A stretch of DNA of 64,000 bases, taken from the NCBI GenBank assembly GCA_041399205.1, contig JAWKTK010000011.1, positions 122,448 to 186,447 of the forward strand. The letters are read 5' to 3'. This document shows, piece by piece, positions 49,314 through 60,335 of the stretch (positions are counted from its first letter, which is position 1; every line of letters begins with the position of its first letter). A model generated the notes under the pieces. It had not been told where the DNA came from, ran no database searches, and worked only from the letters and a program-made list of their open reading frames with translations. The stretch comes from Pirellulaceae bacterium (lineage in GTDB: Bacteria; Planctomycetota; Planctomycetia; Pirellulales; Pirellulaceae). Made by a program: the position numbers and the translations under genes.

Positions 49314-50288
49314 ATGCGATATCTTGTTGCGATTCTGGCAGTGTGGTCCGGTTTAGGGTGTTGGGTTTCGGCCGACGAAGCGACGGCGCTGGCTGAAATT
49401 GAAAAGCTGGGTGGCAGCGTGCGCAAAATCGCGATGAATACAGAGGACAAGGAAGCCGCCTTTCATTTGGCTGGTAAGGAAATTGATGATGCAGGGCTGG
49501 TTCATTTAAAAGAATTGTCGAACTTGGTTTGGCTGAACCTAGCGAACACGAAGGTCACCGACGCTGGTCTTGCGGAACTGAGCGGCATCCAAACGGTAAC
49601 TCGTTTGCATTTGGAAAACACCGGCATCACCGACGCCGGATTGGCGCATTTGGCCGGCTTGGAAAATCTGGAATATCTGAATCTTTACGGCACCAAAGTT
49701 TCCGATGCAGGTTTGGATCATTTGGCTGGCCTCAAGAAGCTGAAGAAGTTGTATCTGTGGCAGACCGAGGTGACTAAGGAAGGCGCCGAGAAATTATCGC
49801 AAGCCATTCCGGATTTGTATATCAATCGAGGTGCGGATGCGGAGCCCGGCCCGCCAACCAAGAACTTGGCAGTTGGCCGTTATGTAAAAATTCGACTGGA
49901 AGGCGAAAAACGCATTTTGAGTCTGGCGGAAGTGCAGGTGATTGAAACGGCCACCGGCGCTGAACTGCAAAAGGACGCTGCGGTTGTTTCGCAGTCTTCG
50001 AATTATGAGGATACGGCTGCGGATCGAGCGAAAGATGGGAACGTGGATGGCGTGTTTTCGAATGGTTCGGTCACACACACCAACGAACAGACCAATCCGT
50101 GGTGGTTGCTGGATTTAGGCGAATCAAAAGACGTTGGTAAAATTGTGATTTACAATCGAGCAGATTGTTGCGGTGACCGCTTGGCGGACGCGGTGGTGGA
50201 AGTCTTTGATGCGGGTTTGAACGTGGTTTGGTCCGGTAAGGTGGCCGACGCCAAGGACGGCAGTTCGCACGAATTTGTGGCTCCGTAA
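49314..50288 (+). CDS. Secreted leucine-rich-repeat protein with a C-terminal F5/8 type C (discoidin)-like domain
   Basis: GAGGTGG Shine-Dalgarno before the ATG at 49314, then a signal peptide. Repeated L.N/L.T..ITDAGLAHLAGL LRR units. The C-terminus has WWLLDLG...IVIYNRADCCGDRLADAVVEVFD, typical of a fucolectin/discoidin fold. Confidence 0.65.
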   Translation: MRYLVAILAVWSGLGCWVSADEATALAEIEKLGGSVRKIAMNTEDKEAAFHLAGKEIDDAGLVHLKELSNLVWLNLANTKVTDAGLAELSGIQTVTRLHLENTGITDAGLAHLAGLENLEYLNLYGTKVSDAGLDHLAGLKKLKKLYLWQTEVTKEGAEKLSQAIPDLYINRGADAEPGPPTKNLAVGRYVKIRLEGEKRILSLAEVQVIETATGAELQKDAAVVSQSSNYEDTAADRAKDGNVDGVFSNGSVTHTNEQTNPWWLLDLGESKDVGKIVIYNRADCCGDRLADAVVEVFDAGLNVVWSGKVADAKDGSSHEFVAP

Positions 50289-50555
50289 GCTCGGAGTAAC
50301 TCGCTTAGCGCAAGCCAAATCGTCGTTTTTTTATTTTTGGCGATTTGGCGATTCCAACTTCCTTCGCGTGAGCGGAGCGTGTATATTGACGAAGCTTAGC
50401 GGGGCCAAACTTGAAGGGCCCTTTCGACGCTCGAGATTCTTCCGGTTTTCTTTCGCCTGTGCGACGGTTTTGGATGTTCTTGATCGCATAAGGCTGCTTT
50501 TGGCTAGGTACCCGCGTCTACGTTTGTTTCGTTTTTTTGTTAGGAGTGACGCCGG

Positions 50556-50753
50556 ATGCCACAGGGCGTAATTAAGAAGTTGGTTTCGGACAAAGGTTTT
50601 GGTTTTATCAAGGGTGATACGGGAGAATTCTTCTTCCATCATTCGGCTGTTGAAGGCGTTCCATTTGAATCGCTACAAGAAGGCCAGAATGTTGAGTACA
50701 CCGAAGGAAACGGTCCCAAAGGGCCTCGTGCCGAACAGGTCAAGCTGGTCTAG
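50556..50753 (+). CDS. cspA: Cold-shock protein (CspA family)
   Basis: 65 aa. GVIKKLVSDKGFGFI (RNP1) and FFHHSAV (RNP2). Preceded by a long 5' UTR of about 250 nt. Confidence 0.95.
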   Translation: MPQGVIKKLVSDKGFGFIKGDTGEFFFHHSAVEGVPFESLQEGQNVEYTEGNGPKGPRAEQVKLV

Positions 50754-50791
50754 TTTTCACTAGCCATTGCTTTTTGCATATCGACCATTGA

Positions 50792-50830
50792 GCCGCCATG
50801 TTCGCTTGAGCATGGCGGTTTTTCTTTTTG
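50792..50830 (+). terminator. Intrinsic terminator downstream of cspA, possibly bidirectional
   Basis: CCGCCATG-TTCGCTTGAG-CATGGCGG stem-loop followed by TTTTTCTTTTTG. An A-rich tract on the 5' side could also let it serve the convergent gene that ends at 50858. Confidence 0.7.
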
Positions 50831-50857
50831 TCCCAAAATCATTCGTCTCGCTAACGC

Positions 50858-53164
50858 CTACGGTTGCGATGCTGGTCGATGCTTGGCTTCCATTCGAAAA
50901 AAGTAGACCTTGGAACCTCCGCCCGTATCGGTTGTCGGCGCTATCTGGTCTGTAAACGAACCGATCACCGCGTTGTCCGCAGTCACCTTGCGAAATCCGC
51001 CAATCGAATAGGGATTAGTCACCTGGTCACTGACGCCATAGTCAGACCAAGATTGACCGTGGTCCGTACTGACGAGGCATGCCAACCGAGACGACTTGGC
51101 GTCACGCGATACGATAAACATATCACTGGTGTGATCAGGCCCTAACACAAAATATCCATCCAAGTTGCGAACCTGCAACTGCTGGCCTCGGACTTCCGGC
51201 CACACGTCCAGCTTCCGTTGACCGGAACCCAGTTCGTACTGAACGTAATGTTGTCGAGGAGTTGGCGTCTGCGCCAAATACAGGAAGTGTCCGATACCTT
51301 TTCGCACCGCAAAGCTGGACAGCCACGTATGATGATCTGATTCATCGTCCAGCGTAATTCGCTCTGCCGGACCTCCTTCGTCCGCGATCACTGGCAACGG
51401 TACGTTTTGCCCTGACATGGTCTGCCATGTTTTGCCACCGTCCGACGACTGCAGATAATGGATGTCCCAATACAAATAGATGCCATGTTTTTGCGTGGTC
51501 CAAGCGGCATGCAACGTATTCTGAGAATCTAGAAACAAGTGCGGATATTGAAGCAGCGCATTGGCGCCGGGTTGCAATAAATTGAATTGAGAAAGTACTT
51601 TGCCGTCCAGCGAAATCAGGTGAAACGAATTATTGTGCGCGAAGTAATACAATTGTCGGCGAACCAAATCGATGGCCATTGAATATTTTCCGGCGGCTCC
51701 ATCCGGAATCTTTGTGACCAGCGGATCACGATAGTTGCGGTCTGCCAGAAAGCGATACAAATACGCGTGCCCGTCTTGGAAGTCGGAACGAATCAAATAC
51801 AGATTATCGTGGTCATCGGTTTCCATCACGGGCGGATTGGTGGCGTGCGTGGCTTCGTACAGCGTGCGAAAGGATCGTCCTTGATCGGTACTCCACGACA
51901 ACCGCCATTGTTGTGCGGTATAGTCTTCATTTCTGGTACGAATGTGCGTCATGAAGTAGCCTCGACCATTCGCGACCACTTTCTGGTTGTGGCTTTGAAA
52001 CGTGCCATAACCGGTGGCATGTTCGTCCACACAAGTGAGTTGAATTTTCTGCAGCGACGCGGTTTTGATTTCTGATTTTGGTTGGGAAATCGTCGCAACC
52101 GCAATCGAGTTGCCATCCCAGGTGGGACGACTGGCCGCGCCGACATACAGGTCCCAACGTTGATCATCGTGTGCCATCAACTGGGGCGTAACGTGTCCGT
52201 GTTGATCAAATTCGCGACCAGAAGTGGCCAGCCATCGCCGAGGTGACGTCCATTCCAGGCCATCGCGACTTTCGGCCCCGTAGACTCCGCTGTGCGATTC
52301 GTAAACCAAAACGTAACGGCCATCCAGACGCTCGACATCAACGGCTCCAGCGCCGTGCAGAAAAACAGGTTCGGCGCGGCGCGTCCAGGTCTGGCCGTCG
52401 CTCGATTCGGCATATCCGACCGCTCGTCCTTGGCCAAGCACGCGACGGGCGGTTTCGTTTTGTTCGGCCGCAGCCGTTGTTGGTTGGCCGTCATACCACA
52501 GGCGAAACCGACCATCTTCGAACAACACCGTCGGGCGACCCACTTTTTTCGAATCCCACGCCAAGGCGTCTCCCGTGGCCAGCACCACTCCCAGCTCTTT
52601 CCAGTGCAGACCGTCTGTCGAGACGGCGGCCGCAATTTCATCATCTTCTGCCGTTTGTGCGACCGTATAAAACATCCACCATTGCGAGTTAACTCGTACC
52701 ACGGATGGATCGTTCACGTGATTGGCCGTTCCGCAGTCAATCACCACGCCCTTTTTGACCCAGCGCCGCCCGTCGGTAGATTCAGCAAAGTGGATTCGAT
52801 CATGTCCGTCGGTGCCTTGGGCTCCATACCACATTTGCCACGCGTCACCGTGATGGTGAACCTCGGGCGCATAAATATTGCCACCGCCGTGCGGAGCTCT
52901 TTCGGACGGCGTATCGGCTGAAAGAATCACGCGGACCGTACCCTGTGGATTCGCCGGTTGGTCCGCCATGGCGACACGGCTAAAAGCATTGGCGATAACG
53001 CAGCAGCCGATCATCGCCAACAGGCTGCCGCTGAAGATGCGTTCGAATAAGTTCGGCATCCGTATTGCGCGAACGTGGTCGTGGACAGTGGTGACGAACG
53101 GCGAGTTCCACTGCAGGCGAATCATGAATCGGTCCTTTCCTAGAGATCGATCGAATACAGCCAA
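50858..53164 (-). CDS. Secreted glycoside-hydrolase-like beta-propeller protein with C-terminal BNR/Asp-box repeats
   Basis: 768-aa ORF; the likely start is the internal Met near 53059 followed by a signal peptide. Several S-x-D-x-G-x-[ST]-W Asp-box motifs (STDQGRSF, SSDGGKTW, STDHGQSW). The N-terminal half resembles a 5-bladed GH43/GH32-type propeller. Confidence 0.5.
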   Translation of the reverse strand: MAVFDRSLGKDRFMIRLQWNSPFVTTVHDHVRAIRMPNLFERIFSGSLLAMIGCCVIANAFSRVAMADQPANPQGTVRVILSADTPSERAPHGGGNIYAPEVHHHGDAWQMWYGAQGTDGHDRIHFAESTDGRRWVKKGVVIDCGTANHVNDPSVVRVNSQWWMFYTVAQTAEDDEIAAAVSTDGLHWKELGVVLATGDALAWDSKKVGRPTVLFEDGRFRLWYDGQPTTAAAEQNETARRVLGQGRAVGYAESSDGQTWTRRAEPVFLHGAGAVDVERLDGRYVLVYESHSGVYGAESRDGLEWTSPRRWLATSGREFDQHGHVTPQLMAHDDQRWDLYVGAASRPTWDGNSIAVATISQPKSEIKTASLQKIQLTCVDEHATGYGTFQSHNQKVVANGRGYFMTHIRTRNEDYTAQQWRLSWSTDQGRSFRTLYEATHATNPPVMETDDHDNLYLIRSDFQDGHAYLYRFLADRNYRDPLVTKIPDGAAGKYSMAIDLVRRQLYYFAHNNSFHLISLDGKVLSQFNLLQPGANALLQYPHLFLDSQNTLHAAWTTQKHGIYLYWDIHYLQSSDGGKTWQTMSGQNVPLPVIADEGGPAERITLDDESDHHTWLSSFAVRKGIGHFLYLAQTPTPRQHYVQYELGSGQRKLDVWPEVRGQQLQVRNLDGYFVLGPDHTSDMFIVSRDAKSSRLACLVSTDHGQSWSDYGVSDQVTNPYSIGGFRKVTADNAVIGSFTDQIAPTTDTGGGSKVYFFRMEAKHRPASQP

Positions 53165-53473
53165 CGGTCGTTGAACTGGTTACGGTTCTGCCAAAAGCAT
53201 GGCGTCCCTATTGTAGCTGTGGGACAAATTCCGTCTGGCCGCTGACACGTGCCAATTGACCAAGATTGCGAAGCGGCGGCAGCCGTGTGACGCTTCGCAT
53301 GGAGAAATCCCTATAACGCGAAGTTATTCTGGAAATTTCCTGGTTTTCACTGACTTAGAAACGCGATTCTGGAGTGTTTCAGCTTGGAAACACGCGCGAT
53401 AGACCAACGTTGTGCCTATACTGGAAGTTCTCTGATCCGTTTCGTTCGAGAATATGATTTTCGCGGTAGTTGC

Positions 53474-56400
53474 ATGTATAAGCGTGAACAAAAATCGGTT
53501 CGGCCTCTGTTTGGTCTTTTGGCTCTGGTAGCTGTGTCTGCGTCAGCCGTATCTGTTTCGGCTCAGCAAAACTCGCCGACTCCCACTCCGGTGATCGCGC
53601 CGCACGAACAAAGCGTGCATTTGACTCGCGCAAAAGAGGCGCTTGCTGAAGGTCGGCTGGTGGACGTCACAGAACATTTGGCTCCGCTCATGCGACGTGA
53701 CGCCGCCGACTATTTTCTGTCTGAAAACGGCCCGTCTCTGAAAGATGAAGTCTTGCGGTTGATCCGCCGCCTGGACTCAAATCAAGCCGAATTATGGGAA
53801 CAGATTTTGGGTGATCAAGCGAGCGCCTCGTTGGTCAAAGCACTGCAGGAACGGAGTGTGGCGCAGCTGGATCGCGTCACGTATCAATTTGCCGGTACCG
53901 CAGCGGCGCGAAAGGCACACATCATGGCGGCGCGAATCCTGATGGACCAAGGCCAACATTACGCGGCTGCCGTGCGACTACAAAACCGCCGCGAATGGAA
54001 ACATCTGGATGGTCTGGAACCAGAGCTTTCCGTGTTGACCGCGGTGTGCTGGATGCGAGCGGGCGAAGAGCGCCGAGCCAAGGAAGTTTTGCTGGAAGTG
54101 GAAAAGCAATATCAGCCTGACGTGGTGGCCATCAACGGCCAGCAAACGCCGTGGTTTCCTCAGCTGGGCGAACTGGACGCATGGATGGATTCTCATTTGC
54201 AGACTTCCGCCGTTTTGTCGTCTGATCTAAGTTCATCATTTCCTTCGTTTCATCCGCTATGGCATGTCGATGTGGCCGAAACGGAAAAAGAACATTCGCT
54301 GTTGAGCCGTTTGGATAATCAATTCCGTTCATCGCGGTATGCGTCCAGTGGTTCGCTGCAGCCGCTGTTATTGGACTCCACCGTGGTCATGCGCAACGCT
54401 TGGCGAATGTTGGGCGTCGAAGCAATTGGCGGCCGCCGCATTTGGGCATTCCCAGAATCGCCGTCCATGGAACATGAAGACGACTTGGTGATTGAAGCCA
54501 AAGGCAAAACGCTGCTGACAGAAACGGGGCGTACGATTCAGCGGCGAGTCTGGGCGGATCAGTTGTACGGACAAGTGGCGTTTGACAGCGGTCGAATGTA
54601 TTTTTTGGATCAAATGGAATTTCAGTATGGCCAAGCAGCGGCCTCGGTGGGGATTCGTCAATTTCGGTCAACTCGGAACACCCAGAATCCGCTCGGCAGC
54701 CGCCTTGTTGCGTTGGACCGTCAGCGAGAAGGTGCACGTAACTGGCTTCTGGGCGACCAAGATTGGGACGAACAAGAATTCGGCACGGCGCTATTTCAGT
54801 CGCCTCCGGTATCCGACGGCAACGAAGTGTACGTGTTGGCGGATCGAGGCAACGGGCAACAGTCGGGTGTAACCTCTTTGCTGTGCCTGGACGCCACCAC
54901 CGGCCAGCTGCAGTGGGAGCAGCCGCTGCAGTCCAAGGAAACCAATGAACCCGACATGATTGGCCAACTTCGAGGCGGCCGGATTATATTGGCAGACACC
55001 ATCGTGATCTGCTGGACCGTTGACAATATGTTGTTTGGTGTTGAACGGCATTCGGGCCGATTCGCTTGGAAGAAACAACTGGATTCTGGCGGCGAGATCT
55101 TCATTTATCCGGACAATCAGAATCGCATGTTTCGCGATACTTCGCAAAATCAATTCAGTTCATTTGTGGAGCAGCTCACGCCTGGTGATCGCTGGTTTGA
55201 TCCCGGTTGTTTGGTCCAAGCGCCCTACTGCATCTTAACGCCGGACAACAGTAGTACGTTGATTTGCCTGAATACGTATACCGGCCAGATTGTTTGGACT
55301 CGCGCACGCAAGGACTTTCTTTACGCGGCGTGTATTCATCAAGACGCCGTCTTGTTGGTAGGTGAAAATCGACTGGCCTTGGTCAAGCTGCAAGATGGTT
55401 CGTCCGCTTGGGGTGACACGTTCTACGTCAATTTGGAATCGTATGGTGCGCCCAGCGGTCGCGGTGTCTTGGTGGATAACTTTTACGTACTGACCACGGA
55501 TGACGGCGATTTGATCAGCGTGCGTCTGGCAGACGGTCAAATGAAACGGCAGTCGTTTGGCTATGGGCTGGGAAATCTTGCGTACGAAAACGGGTTCTTG
55601 GTTTCTCAATCGCCCACGCAGTTGGTCGGTTTCACAAGTGATGAACAAGTTTGGGCCGATTCGACTCTAGCCGTTAGCACGAACAACCCCGCAGCAAGTG
55701 AAGACGAACGCATCGCACTGCTGGTGGAACAGCTGGGCGCGGTTCGTTTTCAAGATCGAGAAGCCGCAGAACAGGATCTGATTGTGCTGGGAGACGTTGC
55801 GGCCGAAGCGTTGCGAACCGCCGCCGACGGACCGAATCTGGAAGTTCGCATACGAGCTCGTCGCATACTCAAGATCATGGGGCAAGACGCACTGAGCCGT
55901 CGCATTGCTCAATTCATGGAAGATCCAGACGCCGCGAATCTGGCCGGCTGGACGCAGTTTCGCGAATGGTTTGGAAACGATACCGCGCAACGCAGTTTCT
56001 TTGCCGAAATGTATAAAGCCGAATCGCGATTGCTGGATACGTTGCAGAATTCGCCTGATCGAATTACCACTGTGGCCAACAAACGGTGTGGCGACATTCA
56101 GCAACTCATGCGCATCCAACAGCCGTTTCAATTGGAACCAGCCACCACAGCCACTCTGATCTTTTTGTTGCTGCAACCGCCAGCGCAAAACGATAGTCGC
56201 TTGATGCAAATGACGGCCAGCTTCTGCAACAGTACGCCCATGAACTTCAATGGTGCGGAAGGAGAAATCCAAAAGGCCTTGCTGGTCAAGTTGTTACAGC
56301 AGAACAAGGAATCTTCGGATCAGAGCTTGGCCAACTTGGCGTATCGCTTCAATCTACCGGAAGGCTATCCCATTGCCGTAAACATCTTAAATAGTGATAT

Positions 56401-56878
56401 CAACGGCTATTCGAAGAATCTGGCCTTCATGTTGCTGGACAAGTTCGGAGGCAAACAAGACATTCCGCTGTTGAAAAAATTGTTGAAGGATGAATCGGTG
56501 GTTCGCAACTATAACCGAGCTGGAAAGCGGTACATTCTGCAAGTCCGAGACATCTCGTTGATCTTTCTGCTTCGCTTGTCAGGCCTCGACCCCAAAGAAA
56601 ACGGTTTTCCCAAATACAACGGCCAAGCGAACTTGATGTCCAACTACGAACTGGGGTTCGAAACAGACGAAGAGCGCAAGCAAGTGTATCAACAATGCGA
56701 AAAGGCGATTGCGGAAAAAGAAGCAGAACAAGAACAGACAGGCGAACCATCTGAATCGAATCCTGGTTCAACCCCGGAAGACGAACCGGCCGAAGCAACA
56801 CTGGAACAGGAAAACGAAGACACTATCTTCCCCGATGGTGCTCCGGACTTTGGGTTGTTTCTAGATGACACTTTCTAG
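53474..56878 (+). CDS. Large secreted protein with TPR-like N-terminus, PQQ-type beta-propeller and C-terminal HEAT/PBS-lyase repeats
   Basis: Signal peptide at MYKREQKSVRPLFGLLALVAVSASAVSVSAQQ. PQQ-like blades (LCLDATTGQLQWEQPL, ICLNTYTGQIVWTRA). HEAT-like repeats (EAAEQDLIVLGDVAAEALRTAAD). Acidic C-terminal tail. Confidence 0.6.
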   Translation: MYKREQKSVRPLFGLLALVAVSASAVSVSAQQNSPTPTPVIAPHEQSVHLTRAKEALAEGRLVDVTEHLAPLMRRDAADYFLSENGPSLKDEVLRLIRRLDSNQAELWEQILGDQASASLVKALQERSVAQLDRVTYQFAGTAAARKAHIMAARILMDQGQHYAAAVRLQNRREWKHLDGLEPELSVLTAVCWMRAGEERRAKEVLLEVEKQYQPDVVAINGQQTPWFPQLGELDAWMDSHLQTSAVLSSDLSSSFPSFHPLWHVDVAETEKEHSLLSRLDNQFRSSRYASSGSLQPLLLDSTVVMRNAWRMLGVEAIGGRRIWAFPESPSMEHEDDLVIEAKGKTLLTETGRTIQRRVWADQLYGQVAFDSGRMYFLDQMEFQYGQAAASVGIRQFRSTRNTQNPLGSRLVALDRQREGARNWLLGDQDWDEQEFGTALFQSPPVSDGNEVYVLADRGNGQQSGVTSLLCLDATTGQLQWEQPLQSKETNEPDMIGQLRGGRIILADTIVICWTVDNMLFGVERHSGRFAWKKQLDSGGEIFIYPDNQNRMFRDTSQNQFSSFVEQLTPGDRWFDPGCLVQAPYCILTPDNSSTLICLNTYTGQIVWTRARKDFLYAACIHQDAVLLVGENRLALVKLQDGSSAWGDTFYVNLESYGAPSGRGVLVDNFYVLTTDDGDLISVRLADGQMKRQSFGYGLGNLAYENGFLVSQSPTQLVGFTSDEQVWADSTLAVSTNNPAASEDERIALLVEQLGAVRFQDREAAEQDLIVLGDVAAEALRTAADGPNLEVRIRARRILKIMGQDALSRRIAQFMEDPDAANLAGWTQFREWFGNDTAQRSFFAEMYKAESRLLDTLQNSPDRITTVANKRCGDIQQLMRIQQPFQLEPATTATLIFLLLQPPAQNDSRLMQMTASFCNSTPMNFNGAEGEIQKALLVKLLQQNKESSDQSLANLAYRFNLPEGYPIAVNILNSDINGYSKNLAFMLLDKFGGKQDIPLLKKLLKDESVVRNYNRAGKRYILQVRDISLIFLLRLSGLDPKENGFPKYNGQANLMSNYELGFETDEERKQVYQQCEKAIAEKEAEQEQTGEPSESNPGSTPEDEPAEATLEQENEDTIFPDGAPDFGLFLDDTF

Positions 56879-57209
56879 AAATTACTGCCTTATGCCACGT
56901 GAGTGTCAAGTCTCTAGCCAACGGTGTTGTACCCAAGTTTTCAGGCTGCGGCTCGTTACTCACTTATCTCTGAGACGCTCCTCCTGGTGTCGCCGCTCCC
57001 TTCGCACCACTACACCTGGCGTTGGCGACGTCCTGCGTTTGGCTGTTTCTTCGCTAAACCATTGTTGGTGCGAATGAATCGATCGTAGCGAATGCGACCG
57101 TAGGACCCGTTCAGCCAACTGGCCCCAACGGATTTGACCGTAGGATATTCGCAACCTATTTTCTCGCAGACCCTCGTAACACAACCGAACAATCTGCGAG
57201 ACCTGAGAC

Positions 57210-58661
57210 GTGAGTTCGCTTCCTCAATCAAAAGCTGGAGAAGACCGTTTAGAAGGTCTTCTGGATCGAATCAACCGCATTGCATCTGGAGACGCGTCGG
57301 AAGACGAACCACTTGACGCAGTGGCATCGCACGATGATTCAAGCGACGATGCCGAAGCACTGGGCACTCCGTCTGTTGGCGCGGAAGGCCACACGTCCAG
57401 CGGCGAATTTGTGCCACCAGAACCCAAGTCTTACCGAGAAGCCGGGTTGTCAGATACGCAAGTTGAAGAGCTGATGCTGAAGTACTTGCTGGCGCGAGGC
57501 GATGCGCAAGGCCGCCAAATTGCCGATCAGTTGCGATTGCCTTTCAGCCTGATTGACAAGACCCTTCGACAGCTCAAATTCGAACAGTTGGTGGTCTATC
57601 GCGATGCGGCCGAAGTAAACGACTATCAATACCAACTGACAGAAAATGGTCGCGAACGCGCTCGACGCTACAGCAATGACTGCAGCTATTATGGATCGGC
57701 CCCCATTACATTGAAGGATTACATCAAGTCAGTCAAAGCGCAGTCCATCCAAGGCAAACATCCAACGCTGGCTGACTTGAAGGTGGCGTTTTCGGACTTG
57801 CTGATTAACCCCAAGATGCTGACTCGCCTGGGTCCGGCCATCAATTCGGGTCGAGGTATGTTCTTGTTCGGCTACCCAGGGAACGGGAAGACCAGTATCG
57901 CGGAACGAGTGACCAAGTGTTTTGGAGATAACATCTGGATTCCTCGCGCTTTGGGAATCGAAGGCGAAATCGTGCGTGTGTTCGATCCGAATCACCACAC
58001 CGAAATTCCTTTTGGCGAAAGCAACGGTCTGTTGGCCGACGTCAAATACGATCGACGTTGGGCGTACATTCGACGCCCCACCATCATTGTCGGTGGCGAA
58101 TTGACCATGGAGCAATTAGAACTCCGTTTGAATACCAGCACCAATGTCAATGAAGCTCCGGTGCAACTAAAAAGCAACTGCGGCACGCTGGTGATTGACG
58201 ACTTTGGTCGACAAAAAATGCGCACCGATGAATTGCTTAACCGTTGGATTGTGCCGCTGGAAAAGCGCTATGACTTCTTGAACCTGCCCAGCGGAAAATC
58301 GATTCAGGTTCCATTCGATCAGCTGGTTGTCTTCTCGACCAACCTAGAGCCGAAAGATCTGGTAGACGACGCGTTCCTGCGCCGAATTCCTTATAAGATT
58401 GAAGTGGAAAATCCATCCGAAGAAGAATTCATTGAGCTCTTCAAAATCATGTGTCCACTGATGGGCTTCACCTATAAGGAAGGTCCCATTCGGTACTTGG
58501 TTGACACGCACTATCTGCCGGTGAACAGGCCGTTTCGTTGCTGCCAACCTCGAGACTTGCTGTTGCAAGTCAAGAATTTGTGTTTGTACGAAAACCGGTC
58601 GCCGGAATTGACAAAGGAAAGCGTCGACTTTGCGGTGGACAACTATTTTGCCGTGATGTAG
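57210..58661 (+). CDS. AAA+ ATPase with an N-terminal acidic/winged-helix-like region
   Basis: Walker [18 protein letters not shown] and Walker [11 protein letters not shown]-terminal 150 aa are acidic and Ser-rich, followed by a DNA-binding-like helix region. Confidence 0.6.
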   Translation: MSSLPQSKAGEDRLEGLLDRINRIASGDASEDEPLDAVASHDDSSDDAEALGTPSVGAEGHTSSGEFVPPEPKSYREAGLSDTQVEELMLKYLLARGDAQGRQIADQLRLPFSLIDKTLRQLKFEQLVVYRDAAEVNDYQYQLTENGRERARRYSNDCSYYGSAPITLKDYIKSVKAQSIQGKHPTLADLKVAFSDLLINPKMLTRLGPAINSGRGMFLFGYPGNGKTSIAERVTKCFGDNIWIPRALGIEGEIVRVFDPNHHTEIPFGESNGLLADVKYDRRWAYIRRPTIIVGGELTMEQLELRLNTSTNVNEAPVQLKSNCGTLVIDDFGRQKMRTDELLNRWIVPLEKRYDFLNLPSGKSIQVPFDQLVVFSTNLEPKDLVDDAFLRRIPYKIEVENPSEEEFIELFKIMCPLMGFTYKEGPIRYLVDTHYLPVNRPFRCCQPRDLLLQVKNLCLYENRSPELTKESVDFAVDNYFAVM

Positions 58662-58699
58662 TGGGCCAGGAAGCTTGCTTCCGACCGGTCGAACCAACC

Positions 58700-59377
58700 T
58701 CAGAGCCCCGCCTTTTCTTCAGCGGCGCTCTTGCGATAGTAGTTGGGCACCATTTTCCAAAAATCATCCGTCTGGCTCGAAGCCACTTGTTGCAGCCCCA
58801 GTTGTCCCAGCGCAACAGCCGACGGTTCCCAATTCTCGGCCGCAGCAACCGTGCAATTCGCTGGCAAGCGACCGGCAAGGCGCTCCAAACCCGGTCCGGT
58901 TACCGAATGGTTTAAAGTAAGTGACGCCAGCCAATCTTCGATAGAGCAAATCGATACTTCCGAAATCCGGCGGATTTGCTGGGAGTCCACTTCGTACAAA
59001 GCGGTGAACAGTTGCTTCCGTTGCGCGTCCATCACCACCGAACAATGGGCAGACGTAAGTTGACAACCGGCCGCGATGACGTCCATGGTGTTAACGGCGA
59101 CGGTTCGCGCCTGCGTCACAAAGGCAAACGTCTTGGCGACCGTCATGCCAATTCGCAATCCGGTGAATGATCCAGGACCTTCCGACACGGCAATCACGTC
59201 CACCTCTGGAGGCGACACGTTGTTTTGAGCGAGCATCTGTTTGATTGCGGGAATCAGCGATTGCGTTGTCCGTTGCTGATGGTCTAGCTGAACGTGCTGC
59301 AGCAACATGTCACCTCGCAACAACGCTATACTGCCAGGCTGGATGGACGTTTCAATTGCCAGGACGTGCATTACCAA
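58700..59377 (-). CDS. tsaB: tRNA threonylcarbamoyladenosine biosynthesis protein TsaB (YeaZ)
   Basis: LAIETSIQPGSIALL...IAVSEGPGSFTGLRIGMTVAKTFAF. Confidence 0.8.
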   Translation of the reverse strand: MVMHVLAIETSIQPGSIALLRGDMLLQHVQLDHQQRTTQSLIPAIKQMLAQNNVSPPEVDVIAVSEGPGSFTGLRIGMTVAKTFAFVTQARTVAVNTMDVIAAGCQLTSAHCSVVMDAQRKQLFTALYEVDSQQIRRISEVSICSIEDWLASLTLNHSVTGPGLERLAGRLPANCTVAAAENWEPSAVALGQLGLQQVASSQTDDFWKMVPNYYRKSAAEEKAGL

Positions 59378-59450
59378 GAAAGCTCCGTAGCGTCGGAATG
59401 TTGTTTCGGAAAACGCAACACCATAGCAAACTGGTTGGATTTACATAACC

Positions 59451-60281
59451 ATGCTTCCTGCGTCAAAAAGAATCGTCATGATCGCGTTGATCGGTTCATT
59501 GATCCTACCGGCAATTGGGATCATGCATGGGCGAGCGTTAGTGGAAAAAACAGTTACGCACTTGCTGATGCCTTTAGGAATCACTTGGACGGCGGCCATC
59601 CTGCTGTGTGTCTATTGGACCTTGGAAAAACAACGTCGCAAAGCATCCTTCGCCGGTCTGTTTGTCGTTTTCCAAACGCTCACCTGCAGCGACAACGGGG
59701 GCACCATGTTGGTTCAAAGTTTAGAAAATCGGTTCGCGCCGATTCCCTTCGAATCAATGGAGACGTTTGATTATGTTGTGGTTCTGGGAGGCGGTTCGAA
59801 TTCAGACGAATCCAGTTACGTCTGGCTGAATAACTCTGGCGATCGAATCATGGCGGCCTTGCGAATGTATCATTTGGGAAAAGCCAAGAAGCTGATTGCC
59901 ACCGGTCGCCATCATGGCTGGCGAGACGTGCCACTGGCTGGACCGGCGGAAGAAACGACCAAGATTTGGACGCAAGCTGGCGTTCCTGTCGCCGACATCG
60001 TCCAGTTGGATGGCATCAATACCTATCAGGAAATGAAGCATCTTCGGCAATTCGCAAGCCAACATCCTGACGCACGATTTGCGTTGGTGACTTCCGCCGG
60101 ACATATGGCTCGAGCGATGCGGTTGGCGGCGTCCTTCGATCTGCAGTTTGAACCCGTTGCCGTAGACTGGGACGGCCGAGGATCTTCCGTGGCGTTTCTG
60201 GATTGGATTCCTAGCAGCGAAGGGCTCGAAAAGTCAGAATCGGCACTTCGGGAATACCTAGCTTATTTGGTGGGCCGATAA
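59451..60281 (+). CDS. YdcF/ElyC/SanA (DUF218) family membrane-associated protein
   Basis: YVVVLGGGSN...LIATGR...VTSAGHMARA matches the DUF218 pattern. N-terminal TM helices. Confidence 0.65.
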   Translation: MLPASKRIVMIALIGSLILPAIGIMHGRALVEKTVTHLLMPLGITWTAAILLCVYWTLEKQRRKASFAGLFVVFQTLTCSDNGGTMLVQSLENRFAPIPFESMETFDYVVVLGGGSNSDESSYVWLNNSGDRIMAALRMYHLGKAKKLIATGRHHGWRDVPLAGPAEETTKIWTQAGVPVADIVQLDGINTYQEMKHLRQFASQHPDARFALVTSAGHMARAMRLAASFDLQFEPVAVDWDGRGSSVAFLDWIPSSEGLEKSESALREYLAYLVGR

Positions 60282-60335
60282 AAAAACGCCGCTGGCAATC
60301 TCTTGCCAACGGCGTTCGCAAAATTTCGAATCCAA

